A stretch of DNA of 64,000 bases from Tidjanibacter sp. (GTDB taxonomy: Bacteria > Bacteroidota > Bacteroidia > Bacteroidales > Rikenellaceae): contig JAZOTH010000025.1 in NCBI GenBank assembly GCA_045657545.1, forward strand, positions 50,662-114,661, in the 5' to 3' direction. The position numbers were made by a program, and so were the translations under genes. Positions 19,623-28,151 of this stretch are shown here, piece after piece. Positions within the stretch are counted from its first letter, which is position 1. Every line of letters begins with the position of its first letter. The notes below the pieces were generated by a model. It saw only the letters and a list, made by a program, of their open reading frames with translations. It did no database searches and had not been told where the DNA came from.

Positions 19623-20921
19623 ATGATTGAAAGATATGGGCGTGAAGTAATGCGCCAAGTTTGGACTGAGGAGAATAAGTTTGATGCCTACCTGAAAGTG
19701 GAACTCTTGGCTGCTGAGGCGTGGAGGGAGTTGGGCGTTGTGCCTGCTGAGGATGTGGAAAAACTCTGGGCAAAAGCGTCGTTCAACATCGACCGCATCA
19801 AAGAGATTGAGTTGCAAACTCGCCACGATATTGTGGCTTTCACCCGCACCGTCAGCGAGTCGCTCGGCGAGGAGAGAAAATGGGTACACTATGGACTTAC
19901 GAGTACCGATGTGGTGGATACCGCCAATGGCTACCTCTTTTCGCAGGCGGATAAAATCATTGAGGAGGACTTGGTGAAGTTCTTGGAGGTGCTCAAAAAA
20001 CAGGCTGTGAGGTTCAAATACACCCCTTGCATTGGCCGTACACACGGCATCCACGCCGATATTACCTCTTTCGGTCTGAAATGGGTGCTCTGGTATGAGG
20101 AGATGAGGCGCAACTTGGAGCGCTTCCGCTCGGCAGCTCGCGGTGTAGAGGTGGGCAAGATTAGTGGTGCTGTGGGTAACTTCGCAAACATTCCTCCCTT
20201 TGTACAGGACTATGTGTGCGAGAAGTTGGGTATCGACAGCGCAAATGTATCTACTCAGGTCATCCAGCGCGATAGGCACGCATACTATATGGCAACCCTC
20301 GCAGTTATCGGTGCGAGCTTGGAGCAGATGGCAATGGAGATTCGCAACCTCCAACGTACCGAGGTGCACGAGGTGGAGGAGGCTTTCGGCAAGGGGCAGA
20401 AGGGTTCGAGCGCAATGCCCCACAAACGTAACCCCATCAGTAGCGAGAATATCTGTGGTTGCGCGAGGGTGCTGAGGGGCTATATGGCTACCGCATACGA
20501 GAATGTGGCACTCTGGCACGAGAGGGATATCTCCCACTCGGCAACTGAGCGTATCATTATGCCCGATGCAACTATCCTCTTGGACTATATGCTCAACCGT
20601 ATGATGGGTATCTTGGAGAACTTGGTGGTCTTTGAGGAGCAGATGAAGGCAAATATCTACCGCACCAATGGTGTGATTTTTGCCCAGAGGGTTATGAATG
20701 CCCTCATTGATAAGGGCTTCGTGAGGGAGAAGGCCTACGATACCGTTCAGCCTGTGGCTATGAGGGCTATGGCTGAGGGCGCATCCTACCAGAGCCTTCT
20801 GAAAGAGGAACCAACCGTTATGGCAACCCTCACCGAGGAGGAGCTCGACTCGTGCTTCACTTTGGAGTACTATATGAAAAACGTGGATTATATCTATAAA
20901 CGCAACAAAATCGAGGAGTAA
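19623..20921 (+). CDS. purB: adenylosuccinate lyase
   Basis: Fumarate-lyase signature [11 protein letters not shown] and an N-terminus typical of PurB. Confidence 0.92.
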   Translation: MIERYGREVMRQVWTEENKFDAYLKVELLAAEAWRELGVVPAEDVEKLWAKASFNIDRIKEIELQTRHDIVAFTRTVSESLGEERKWVHYGLTSTDVVDTANGYLFSQADKIIEEDLVKFLEVLKKQAVRFKYTPCIGRTHGIHADITSFGLKWVLWYEEMRRNLERFRSAARGVEVGKISGAVGNFANIPPFVQDYVCEKLGIDSANVSTQVIQRDRHAYYMATLAVIGASLEQMAMEIRNLQRTEVHEVEEAFGKGQKGSSAMPHKRNPISSENICGCARVLRGYMATAYENVALWHERDISHSATERIIMPDATILLDYMLNRMMGILENLVVFEEQMKANIYRTNGVIFAQRVMNALIDKGFVREKAYDTVQPVAMRAMAEGASYQSLLKEEPTVMATLTEEELDSCFTLEYYMKNVDYIYKRNKIEE

Positions 20922-22214
20922 ATGTCTGAAAGATTAGTAGTTATAGGGTCGCAATGGGGCGACGAGGGTAAGGGTAAAATTACCGACTATTTTGCCTGTC
21001 GTGCCGATATGGTGGTACGCTATCAGGGTGGCAACAATGCAGGTCACACTGTGGTGTTCGATGGCAAGAAATACTCCTTGCAGAGCATCCCCTCGGGTAT
21101 CTTCAACCCCAAGACCATCAATGTGATGGCAAATGGTATGGTGATCAACCCCGTGTCGGTCATTGAGGAGCTCGATAGGCTCCACTCGCAGGGTATTACC
21201 GACTACCAACTCTACATCTCCGACCGTGCGGCTGTGGTTATGCCCTACCACTCGGCTCTGGATGGTGCATACGAGGCGATTAAGGGTGGCTCGCAGATTG
21301 GTACCACCAAGAAGGGTATCGGCCCCGCATATTCGGATAAGTATAGCAGGGTGGGTATCCGTATGGGTGACCTGTTGGAGCCCGAATACTTTGCCGAGCG
21401 ATTGAGGGAGGCTCTTACCATCAAAAATATGGAACTCTCAATGCTGGGCTTGCAGACCTTCGAGTTTGAGGCTGTCTATGAGCAGTATATGGAGCTTGCC
21501 GGGAAGATTGGTCATATGATTTGCGACACCTCGGCACTGATTAATAAGGCACTCGAAGAGGACAAAAAGATTCTCTTTGAGGGGGCGCAGGGTATGATGC
21601 TCTGCATCGACCACGGCACCTACCCCTATGTGACATCCTCGACTCCCTCGTCGGCAAGTGTGCCCGTGGGTGCGGGTGTGTCGCCCAAGTGGATTGACAA
21701 TGTGTTGGGTGTGGCTAAGGCATACTGCACAAGGGTGGGCGAGGGCCCATTCCCAACGGAGCTCTTCGACAATAGGGCTGAGGAGATTCGCGAGCGCGGT
21801 CACGAGTATGGAACCGTTACGGGCCGTCCCCGCAGGGTGGGTTGGTTCGATGCCGTAGTTGCTCGCTATGTGAGCCGCTTGGCAGGTATCGACTCGTGGG
21901 CACTGATGTTGTTCGATGTGCTCTCGGGTTTGGATAAGGTGTCGATTTGCGTAGGCTATGAGGTTGATGGCCAGGTGATTGAGAATCCTCCCGCTACGAT
22001 TGCCAAACTTGCGCGTTGCAAACCCGTACTCATTGAGTTGGATGGCTGGAAGGAGGATATCTCCTCGTGTAAATCCTTTGAGGAACTTCCCGCGGCTGCT
22101 CAGGCGTATGTGAGGAAGATTGAGGAGGTTACGGGCGTTAAGGTGGGAGTTATCTCCGTGGGTGCCGATCGCTCCAAGACCATCATTATTGACGAGAAGT
22201 TGAAGAAATTTTAA
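20922..22214 (+). CDS. purA: adenylosuccinate synthase
   Basis: Motifs GSQWGDEGKGK and GTTKKGIGPAY. Confidence 0.92.
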   Translation: MSERLVVIGSQWGDEGKGKITDYFACRADMVVRYQGGNNAGHTVVFDGKKYSLQSIPSGIFNPKTINVMANGMVINPVSVIEELDRLHSQGITDYQLYISDRAAVVMPYHSALDGAYEAIKGGSQIGTTKKGIGPAYSDKYSRVGIRMGDLLEPEYFAERLREALTIKNMELSMLGLQTFEFEAVYEQYMELAGKIGHMICDTSALINKALEEDKKILFEGAQGMMLCIDHGTYPYVTSSTPSSASVPVGAGVSPKWIDNVLGVAKAYCTRVGEGPFPTELFDNRAEEIRERGHEYGTVTGRPRRVGWFDAVVARYVSRLAGIDSWALMLFDVLSGLDKVSICVGYEVDGQVIENPPATIAKLARCKPVLIELDGWKEDISSCKSFEELPAAAQAYVRKIEEVTGVKVGVISVGADRSKTIIIDEKLKKF

Positions 22215-22226
22215 TACCATATAATT

Positions 22227-23699
22227 ATGTCGTTCATTGAAGAGAAAATTGCACAAGAGGGTATGACCTTCGACGATGTGCTACTAATTCCCGCTTACTC
22301 CGAAGTAACCCCCAATATGGTGTCGCTCGGTAGCCGTTTTTCGCGCAATATCCGACTCAATATTCCTGTGGTGTCGGCAGCGATGGATACCGTAACCGAG
22401 GCAGAGATGGCTATCGCTATTGCTCGCGAGGGTGGTATAGGCGTAGTGCACAAAAATATGTCCATTGCGGCACAGGCTGCACAGGTGAGAAAGGTGAAAC
22501 GTGCCGAGAGCGGTATGATTTATGACCCCATCACCATTACCAAAGAGCAGACCGTTGGCGATGCACTCCGACTGATGCAGGAGAACCACATCGGCGGTAT
22601 CCCCGTGGTGGATGACCAGATGAGACTCATCGGCATTGTGACCAACCGTGACCTTCGCTTCCAAACTGAGATGTCGCTCCCCATTGCAGAGGTGATGACT
22701 TGCAAAAATTTGGTTACTACCAACAATCCCGACTTGCAGGAGGCCTCGAAGATTCTCTTGAAGAACAAGATTGAGAAGTTGCCTGTGGTTGATGAGAATA
22801 ATAAACTCGTCGGTCTTATCACCTACCGTGATATCACCAAGATTCAGGACTATCCCAACGCTTGTAAGGACGACAAGGGCCGTCTGAGAGTTGCTGCGGG
22901 TGTGGGCGTTACGAGCGATACACTCAAAAGGGTAGAGGCTCTTGTGGAGGCTGGCGTGGATGCAGTGGTTATCGACACTGCACACGGTCACTCGGCAAAT
23001 GTAACCAACACTTTGAAGGCTGTGAAGGCCGCCTTCCCCCAGATTGATGTCCTTGTGGGCAATATTGCCACTGCTGAGGCTGCCGAGTTCCTTATTAAGG
23101 CGGGTGCCGATGGCATTAAAGTGGGCATTGGCCCCGGCTCGATTTGCACCACCCGTATCGTTGCAGGTGTGGGCGTTCCCCAGCTGACTGCGATTTTCAA
23201 CGCTGCAAAGGTGGCTCACGAGTATGGTGTGCCTGTGATTGCCGATGGTGGCTTGCGCTACTCGGGCGATGTTGTGAAGGCATTGGCGGCTGGTGGCGAC
23301 TGCGTGATGATGGGCTCGATGCTCGCAGGTGTGGAGGAGTCCCCCGGCGAAACCATCATCTACAATGGCCGTAAGTTCAAATCCTATCGTGGTATGGGTT
23401 CCATTGAGGCTATGCAGGCGGGCTCGAAAGACCGCTATTTCCAGAGCGAGAAGTGTGATTCGAGTAAGTTCGTTCCCGAGGGTATTGTTGCACGAGTTCC
23501 CTATAAGGGCACGCTGAGCGAAACTATCTACCAACTCATTGGTGGTCTTCGCTCGGGTATGGGCTACTGCGGTGCTAAGGATATTGAGGCTCTCCATCAG
23601 GCTAAGTTTGTGAAGATTACCTCGGCAGCAGTGGTTGAAAACCACCCCCACGATGTGACTATCACCAAGGAGGCTCCCAACTACACTCGTGGCGAGTAG
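22227..23699 (+). CDS. guaB: IMP dehydrogenase
   Basis: [10 protein letters not shown]-type N-terminus, a CBS pair, and the catalytic loop [11 protein letters not shown]. Confidence 0.92.
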   Translation: MSFIEEKIAQEGMTFDDVLLIPAYSEVTPNMVSLGSRFSRNIRLNIPVVSAAMDTVTEAEMAIAIAREGGIGVVHKNMSIAAQAAQVRKVKRAESGMIYDPITITKEQTVGDALRLMQENHIGGIPVVDDQMRLIGIVTNRDLRFQTEMSLPIAEVMTCKNLVTTNNPDLQEASKILLKNKIEKLPVVDENNKLVGLITYRDITKIQDYPNACKDDKGRLRVAAGVGVTSDTLKRVEALVEAGVDAVVIDTAHGHSANVTNTLKAVKAAFPQIDVLVGNIATAEAAEFLIKAGADGIKVGIGPGSICTTRIVAGVGVPQLTAIFNAAKVAHEYGVPVIADGGLRYSGDVVKALAAGGDCVMMGSMLAGVEESPGETIIYNGRKFKSYRGMGSIEAMQAGSKDRYFQSEKCDSSKFVPEGIVARVPYKGTLSETIYQLIGGLRSGMGYCGAKDIEALHQAKFVKITSAAVVENHPHDVTITKEAPNYTRGE

Positions 23700-23707
23700 G
23701 ACGTTTA

Positions 23708-23740
23708 GAATTCAAAATTCAAAATTCAAAATTCAAAATT
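23708..23740. repeat. 7-nt periodic array GAATTCA(AAATTCA)x3 AAATT between guaB and guaA
   Basis: Read directly from the sequence. It ends 8 nt before the guaA ATG. Confidence 0.9.
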
Positions 23741-23748
23741 AGAGGGAT

Positions 23749-25056
23749 ATGAAACAGGATATGATTGTAATTCTCGACCTCGGTAGCCACCACAATACCG
23801 TATTGGCAAGGGCTATCCGTGCGCTCGGCGTTTATAGCGAAATTTACCCCCACGATATCACCCCCGAGGAGTTGAAGGCTCTGCCTGGTGTGAAGGGTGT
23901 GATTATCAACGGTGGTGAGAATAATGTTATTGATGGCGTGGAGATTGACGTACTGCCTGAAATCTATGAGGCAGGTCTGCCCATTATCTCCGCAGGTCAC
24001 GACAAGGCTCTCTGTGAGGTGAAACTCGCAGCCTTTGCCGACGACGAGGAGGCTATCAAAGAGGCTGTTAAGGGTTTTGTCTTCGATGTGTGCAAGGCGG
24101 AGGCCAATTGGAATATGAAAAACTTTGTGAGCGACCAAGTGGAGCTCATTCGCCAGCAGGTGGGCGATAAGAAGGTGCTGCTTGCTCTCTCGGGTGGCGT
24201 AGATTCGTCGGTTGTGGCTGCACTTCTGCTTAAAGCCATTGGCAATAACCTCGTGTGTGTGCACGTCAATCACGGCCTTATGCGTAAGGGCGAGAGCGAG
24301 GCTGTTGTGGAGGTCTTCGGCAAACAGCTCTGCGCCAACCTTGTGTATGTTGATGCTACCGAGCGATTCCTCACCAAGTTGGAAGGTGTGGAGGATCCCG
24401 AGCAGAAACGTAAAATCATCGGTGGCGAGTTCATCCGTGTGTTCGAGGAGGAGGCACGCAAACTCGACGGTATCGACTTCCTCGGTCAGGGTACCATCTA
24501 CCCCGACATCGTGGAGAGTGGTACCAAAACCGCCAAGATGGTCAAGTCGCACCACAATGTGGGCGGACTCCCTGAGGATATGAAATTTGGCCTTGTAGAG
24601 CCCCTCAAACAACTCTTCAAGGACGAGGTTAGGGCGTGTGGCGTTGAGCTCGGCTTGCCCTACGAGATGGTCTATCGTCAGCCATTCCCCGGCCCCGGCT
24701 TGGGTGTAAGGTGCCTTGGTGCCATCACCCGCGATAGGTTGGAGGCTGTGAGGGAGAGCGACGCTATCCTCCGCGAGGAGTTTGCAAAGGCCGGCCTCGA
24801 CAAGAAAGTTTGGCAGTATTTCACCATTGTGCCCGACTTTAAGTCGGTGGGTGTGAGGAACAATGCTCGCTCCTACGATTGGCCCGTAATCATCCGCGCG
24901 GTGAACACCATCGACGCAATGACCGCCTCGATTGAGCACATTGATTGGGCAATCCTCGACCGCATCACTAAGCGAATTCTCGAAGAGGTGCCCAACGTGA
25001 ATCGAGTTTGTTATGATATGTCGCCTAAGCCATCGGCTACCATCGAATGGGAATAA
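23749..25056 (+). CDS. guaA: GMP synthase with full ATP-pyrophosphatase/dimerisation part but vestigial, Cys-less glutamine amidotransferase domain
   Basis: 435 aa with SGGVDSS at about residue 150, KSHHNVGGLP, and the C-terminal PATIEWE. The N-terminal part is only about 125 aa and has ISAGHDK where GxCYGxQ is expected. Confidence 0.85.
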   Translation: MKQDMIVILDLGSHHNTVLARAIRALGVYSEIYPHDITPEELKALPGVKGVIINGGENNVIDGVEIDVLPEIYEAGLPIISAGHDKALCEVKLAAFADDEEAIKEAVKGFVFDVCKAEANWNMKNFVSDQVELIRQQVGDKKVLLALSGGVDSSVVAALLLKAIGNNLVCVHVNHGLMRKGESEAVVEVFGKQLCANLVYVDATERFLTKLEGVEDPEQKRKIIGGEFIRVFEEEARKLDGIDFLGQGTIYPDIVESGTKTAKMVKSHHNVGGLPEDMKFGLVEPLKQLFKDEVRACGVELGLPYEMVYRQPFPGPGLGVRCLGAITRDRLEAVRESDAILREEFAKAGLDKKVWQYFTIVPDFKSVGVRNNARSYDWPVIIRAVNTIDAMTASIEHIDWAILDRITKRILEEVPNVNRVCYDMSPKPSATIEWE

Positions 25057-25086
25057 AAGACAAATTATTGGCGATTTAGTCGTTAT

Positions 25087-25212
25087 ACTGCGATAAGCGG
25101 AGTCCTCATTTACCTTGTGTAAACTGCGGACTCCGCTTTTTTGTATGCCTATAACTCGCCTGATAATTTGCCTTCTATCGCGTTGTCCTTCTTTTGGCAC
25201 AAAAATCCCTCC
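25087..25212 (+). repeat. intergenic hairpin-repeat element, copy 1 (contains the guaA terminator)
   Basis: ACTGCGATAAGCGGAGTCCTCATTT...AAACTGCGGACTCCGC followed by a T-run, then TTCTTTTGGCACAAAAATCCCTCC. It is homologous to 53249-53324. Confidence 0.75.
25096..25142 (+). terminator. intrinsic terminator after guaA
   Basis: AGCGGAGTCC (25096-25105) pairs with GGACTCCGCT (25128-25137) around a 22-nt loop, followed by TTTTTT. Confidence 0.7.
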
Positions 25213-25297
25213 ACTATATGCCTTTTATGGTGTTGTGCAAACGCAATATCTGTTGTGGCAAGGCGAATGAAAAATGCGCCCCGAAAGGGCGCAATAT

Positions 25298-25330
25298 AAT
25301 TTTCAATTTTCAACTCTCAATTCTCAATTC
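25298..25330. repeat. 7-nt periodic array (reverse complement reads GAATTGA GAATTGA GAGTTGA AAATTGA AAATT)
   Basis: Read directly from the sequence. It is nearly identical to the array at 62282-62314, in inverted orientation. Confidence 0.9.
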
Positions 25331-25362
25331 AAAAGAGCAACGCCACCAAGCGTTGCTCTTTT
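25331..25362 (-). terminator. terminator hairpin directly after the ACT-domain gene stop
   Basis: AAAAGAGCAACGC caccaa GCGTTGCTCTTTT. The stop codon of the minus-strand gene is at 25364-25366. Confidence 0.7.
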
Positions 25363-25363
25363 G

Positions 25364-26044
25364 TTAGATTCTCTCCACTTGTGCGCCACGCTGTTTGGCA
25401 TTCATCAAGATGGCAAAGGCTCGTTGTATATCGCTGTCGTTTATGACAATGGTGAATTCGTTGGTAGTACTGATTACCTCCACAACATTGATATTATCCC
25501 ACGCGAGCTCCTTGAAGAGGTAGTAGTAAACACCGGGGTAGAGGGTGTTGTCGCTGGGAAGTTTGACGGTAATGAGCGAGATTTTGGAATTTTTGGAGGT
25601 CATCTGCTCCTCGGCAAAGAGCTTTTCTACCTCCTCGGCGATGCTCTCGCTAACCACAAGTGTGGTCTCCGATATACCCTGCGAGAAGGTGCAGAAGATG
25701 TTATTCGTCTCACCCATCTTCTCCAAAAGCTGTGCTTGCAGTTTGTGGAGAGAGGGGGAGTTCTGGAAGGTGTAGTCTGCGAGATTGCTCCTGACGGTTA
25801 TGTCGCCGATGTTCTCCACAACGCTCTGCGCCTTCTCGGCATTGATTACTCCGAGTCGTGGTACAAGGCGGTTGAGAGCCATAATTACTGCACTATCATT
25901 TACAACTTTGCCAACGATGGCTTCGATTTCGGGTTTGAGTTGTCGTGCGAGTGCCGAGAGGTTGATGAGTCCATCAACGAGGGCACTTTCGAGGAAAGGA
26001 CGTTTTTTGATTACAGTTTCAACTGCGCTTGGTATAGAAATCAT
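25364..26044 (-). CDS. ACT-domain-containing protein (aspartokinase-like regulatory fold), function unknown
   Basis: 226 aa. There are no catalytic motifs. Two ACT-like halves are recognisable (NIGDITVRSNLADYTF..., KISLITVKLPSD...VVEVISTTNEFTIVI). Confidence 0.5.
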   Translation of the reverse strand: MISIPSAVETVIKKRPFLESALVDGLINLSALARQLKPEIEAIVGKVVNDSAVIMALNRLVPRLGVINAEKAQSVVENIGDITVRSNLADYTFQNSPSLHKLQAQLLEKMGETNNIFCTFSQGISETTLVVSESIAEEVEKLFAEEQMTSKNSKISLITVKLPSDNTLYPGVYYYLFKELAWDNINVVEVISTTNEFTIVINDSDIQRAFAILMNAKQRGAQVERI

Positions 26045-26206
26045 TGTTATCTGTGTGGTTAAGCCCTCTCCATTGGGGAGAGGAAATTATTGTGTGGTTA
26101 ATTATGCTTCAAAATTAATGTAATATTATCAATATTGCAAAAAAATATATTCAAATTTTCCATTTTAGTCATTTTAGATTAAAAATTCACCTGCCACAAA
26201 AGCTGT

Positions 26207-26236
26207 TTTGAAATTGTTAGAAAATTAGTAATTTTG
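26207..26236 (+). promoter_or_regulatory. candidate lepA promoter (-33 TTTG, -7 TAatTTTG)
   Basis: TTTG at 26207-26210 and TAATTTTG at 26229-26236, with 18-nt spacing, about 22 nt upstream of the ATG. Confidence 0.5.
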
Positions 26237-26257
26237 CACCCAATATATATAGTAACT

Positions 26258-28045
26258 ATGAAAAATATTCGAAATTTCTGCATAATTGCCCACATCGACC
26301 ACGGCAAGAGTACTTTGGCTGACCGTCTTTTGGAGGAGACAGGTACGCTCTCCGAGAGGGAGTTGCAAAATCAGGTGCTCGACGATATGGAGTTGGAGCG
26401 CGAGAAGGGTATCACTATCAAGTCGCACGCAATCCAGATGCAGTACGAGAGGGATGGTGAGATCTACACTCTCAACCTTATCGACACCCCCGGACACGTC
26501 GATTTCTCCTATGAGGTTTCGCGTGCCATTGCCTCTTGCGAGGGTGCGCTCTTGGTGGTTGATGCATCGCAAGGTATTCAGGCACAGACTATTTCCAACC
26601 TCTATTTGGCTCTCGAACACGACTTGGAGATTATCCCCGTAATCAACAAGATTGATATGGAGTCGGCGATGGTCGAGGAGGTTAAGGATCAGATTGTTGA
26701 GTTGCTCGGATGTGACGAGAGCGATATTCTGTGTGCTTCGGCTCGCACGGGTGTGGGTATTCAGGAGATTTTGGATGCCATCGTGGATCGCGTGCCTGCC
26801 CCAGAGGGTGATGAGAATGCCCCCTTGCAGGCTCTGATTTTCGACTCGGTGTTCAACTCCTATCGCGGTATTATCGGCTACTTCCGCGTGATGAACGGTA
26901 CGATTCGCAGGGGCGACCACGTTAAGTTCTTCAATACGGGCTCGGAGTATGATGCCGACGAAATTGGCGTGCTGAAACTCAAATTTGTCCAGCAGGAGGA
27001 GATTAAGGCTGGTAATGTAGGCTACATTATGTCGGGTATCAAATCCTCAAAGGATGTGAAGGTGGGCGACACGATTACCCACGTCGAGAGGCCTTGCGAG
27101 GAGGGTGTGGCTGGTTTCGAGGATGTTAAGCCTATGGTCTTTGCGGGTGTCTATCCTGTGGATGCAAGCGAGTATGAGGATTTGAGGGCTTCGCTTGAAA
27201 AGCTCCAACTCAACGATGCTTCGCTGACCTTTGAGCCCGAGAGCTCGTTGGCATTGGGCTTTGGTTTCCGTTGTGGCTTCCTCGGCCTGTTGCATATGGA
27301 GATTGTGCAGGAGAGGCTCTACCGTGAGTTCGATATGGATGTGATTACCACCGTTCCCAACGTGTCGTTCAAGGTGACGACCAAGAAGGGTGATGTGGTG
27401 GATGTGCACAACCCCTCGGGTTTGCCCGACCTGACTATGGTTGATAAGATTGAGGAGCCCTACATCCGCGCACAGATAATCACCAAGACCGACTACCTCG
27501 GTGCGGTCATTAAGTTGTGTATCGACAAACGAGGTACGCTTGTCAATCAGGTATTCCTCGGCCCCGAGAGGGTGGAGATTAACTTCGATATGCCCCTTTC
27601 GGAGATTGTCTTCGACTTCTACGACAAGTTGAAGAGCATTTCGCGTGGCTATGCATCGTTTGACTACCACCAGATTGGCTACCGCGAGAGCCGCCTCTCG
27701 AAGTTGGATATTCTGCTCAATGGTGAGCCTGTGGATGCGCTCTCGTCGCTCATCTTCACCGACCACGCCTACGATTTTGGTCGCAAGATGTGCGAGAAGC
27801 TCAAAGAGCTCATCCCTCGCCAGCAGTTCGATATTGCTATTCAGGCCGCTATCGGTGCGAAGATTATCGCTCGTGAAACTGTGCGCCAGGTGCGTAAGGA
27901 TGTGACCGCTAAGTGTTATGGTGGTGATATCTCGCGTAAGCGCAAACTCTTGGAGAAGCAGAAGAAGGGTAAGAAACGTATGCGCCAGATTGGTAATGTG
28001 CAGGTGCCCCAGTCGGCATTCCTCGCAGTGCTCAAAATGGACTAA
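26258..28045 (+). CDS. lepA: elongation factor 4
   Basis: [37 protein letters not shown], and the C-terminal LepA tail [17 protein letters not shown]. The track start at 26234 is a TTG, so I chose the ATG at 26258. Confidence 0.92.
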   Translation: MKNIRNFCIIAHIDHGKSTLADRLLEETGTLSERELQNQVLDDMELEREKGITIKSHAIQMQYERDGEIYTLNLIDTPGHVDFSYEVSRAIASCEGALLVVDASQGIQAQTISNLYLALEHDLEIIPVINKIDMESAMVEEVKDQIVELLGCDESDILCASARTGVGIQEILDAIVDRVPAPEGDENAPLQALIFDSVFNSYRGIIGYFRVMNGTIRRGDHVKFFNTGSEYDADEIGVLKLKFVQQEEIKAGNVGYIMSGIKSSKDVKVGDTITHVERPCEEGVAGFEDVKPMVFAGVYPVDASEYEDLRASLEKLQLNDASLTFEPESSLALGFGFRCGFLGLLHMEIVQERLYREFDMDVITTVPNVSFKVTTKKGDVVDVHNPSGLPDLTMVDKIEEPYIRAQIITKTDYLGAVIKLCIDKRGTLVNQVFLGPERVEINFDMPLSEIVFDFYDKLKSISRGYASFDYHQIGYRESRLSKLDILLNGEPVDALSSLIFTDHAYDFGRKMCEKLKELIPRQQFDIAIQAAIGAKIIARETVRQVRKDVTAKCYGGDISRKRKLLEKQKKGKKRMRQIGNVQVPQSAFLAVLKMD

Positions 28046-28069
28046 ACGTATCGAAATATTCTACGCTAA

Positions 28070-28103
28070 GGAGCGATGCCCGTGGGGTGTCGCTCCTTTT
28101 TTT
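28070..28103 (+). terminator. intrinsic terminator after lepA
   Basis: GGAGCGA tgcccgtggggtg TCGCTCC followed by TTTTTTT. Confidence 0.75.
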
Positions 28104-28151
28104 ACGAGCGGGGGCACGAATATTGCTGTTTGGGGTGGAAAAAAGAGTCCA

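Noticed and set aside
23708-23740. The heptamer arrays considered as a CRISPR or mini-CRISPR array.
   Set aside because: The units are 7 nt with no spacers, no cas genes are present, and the arrays are at most 33 nt long.
2197-25056. Recent horizontal acquisition of the pyr/pur block from Firmicutes.
   Set aside because: By eye there is no compositional or codon-usage break at the borders. There are no flanking integrase, transposase or tRNA genes and no direct repeats. Promoter boxes are Bacteroidetes-type. Ancient transfer or convergent clustering cannot be excluded without phylogenies.
23719-25200. 493-aa minus-strand ORF opposite guaA, extending into the intergenic repeat.
   Set aside because: It is a shadow ORF. 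Its N-terminal part merely translates the hairpin repeat element. A similar pseudo-peptide arises at the second repeat copy (53060-53314).
25189-25212. Sigma-54-like TGGCAC-N5 box in both hairpin-repeat copies (also at 53306-53324).
   Set aside because: The -12 element is TCCC or TTCC instead of TTGC, so the essential GC is missing. No obvious downstream gene or enhancer-binding protein is in context.
27918-28151. N-terminal 78 codons of the track ORF 27918-29069, overlapping lepA.
   Set aside because: This stretch overlaps the lepA 3' end and its terminator and is Arg/Cys-rich nonsense. The hydrophobic DMT protein begins cleanly at the ATG at 28152.
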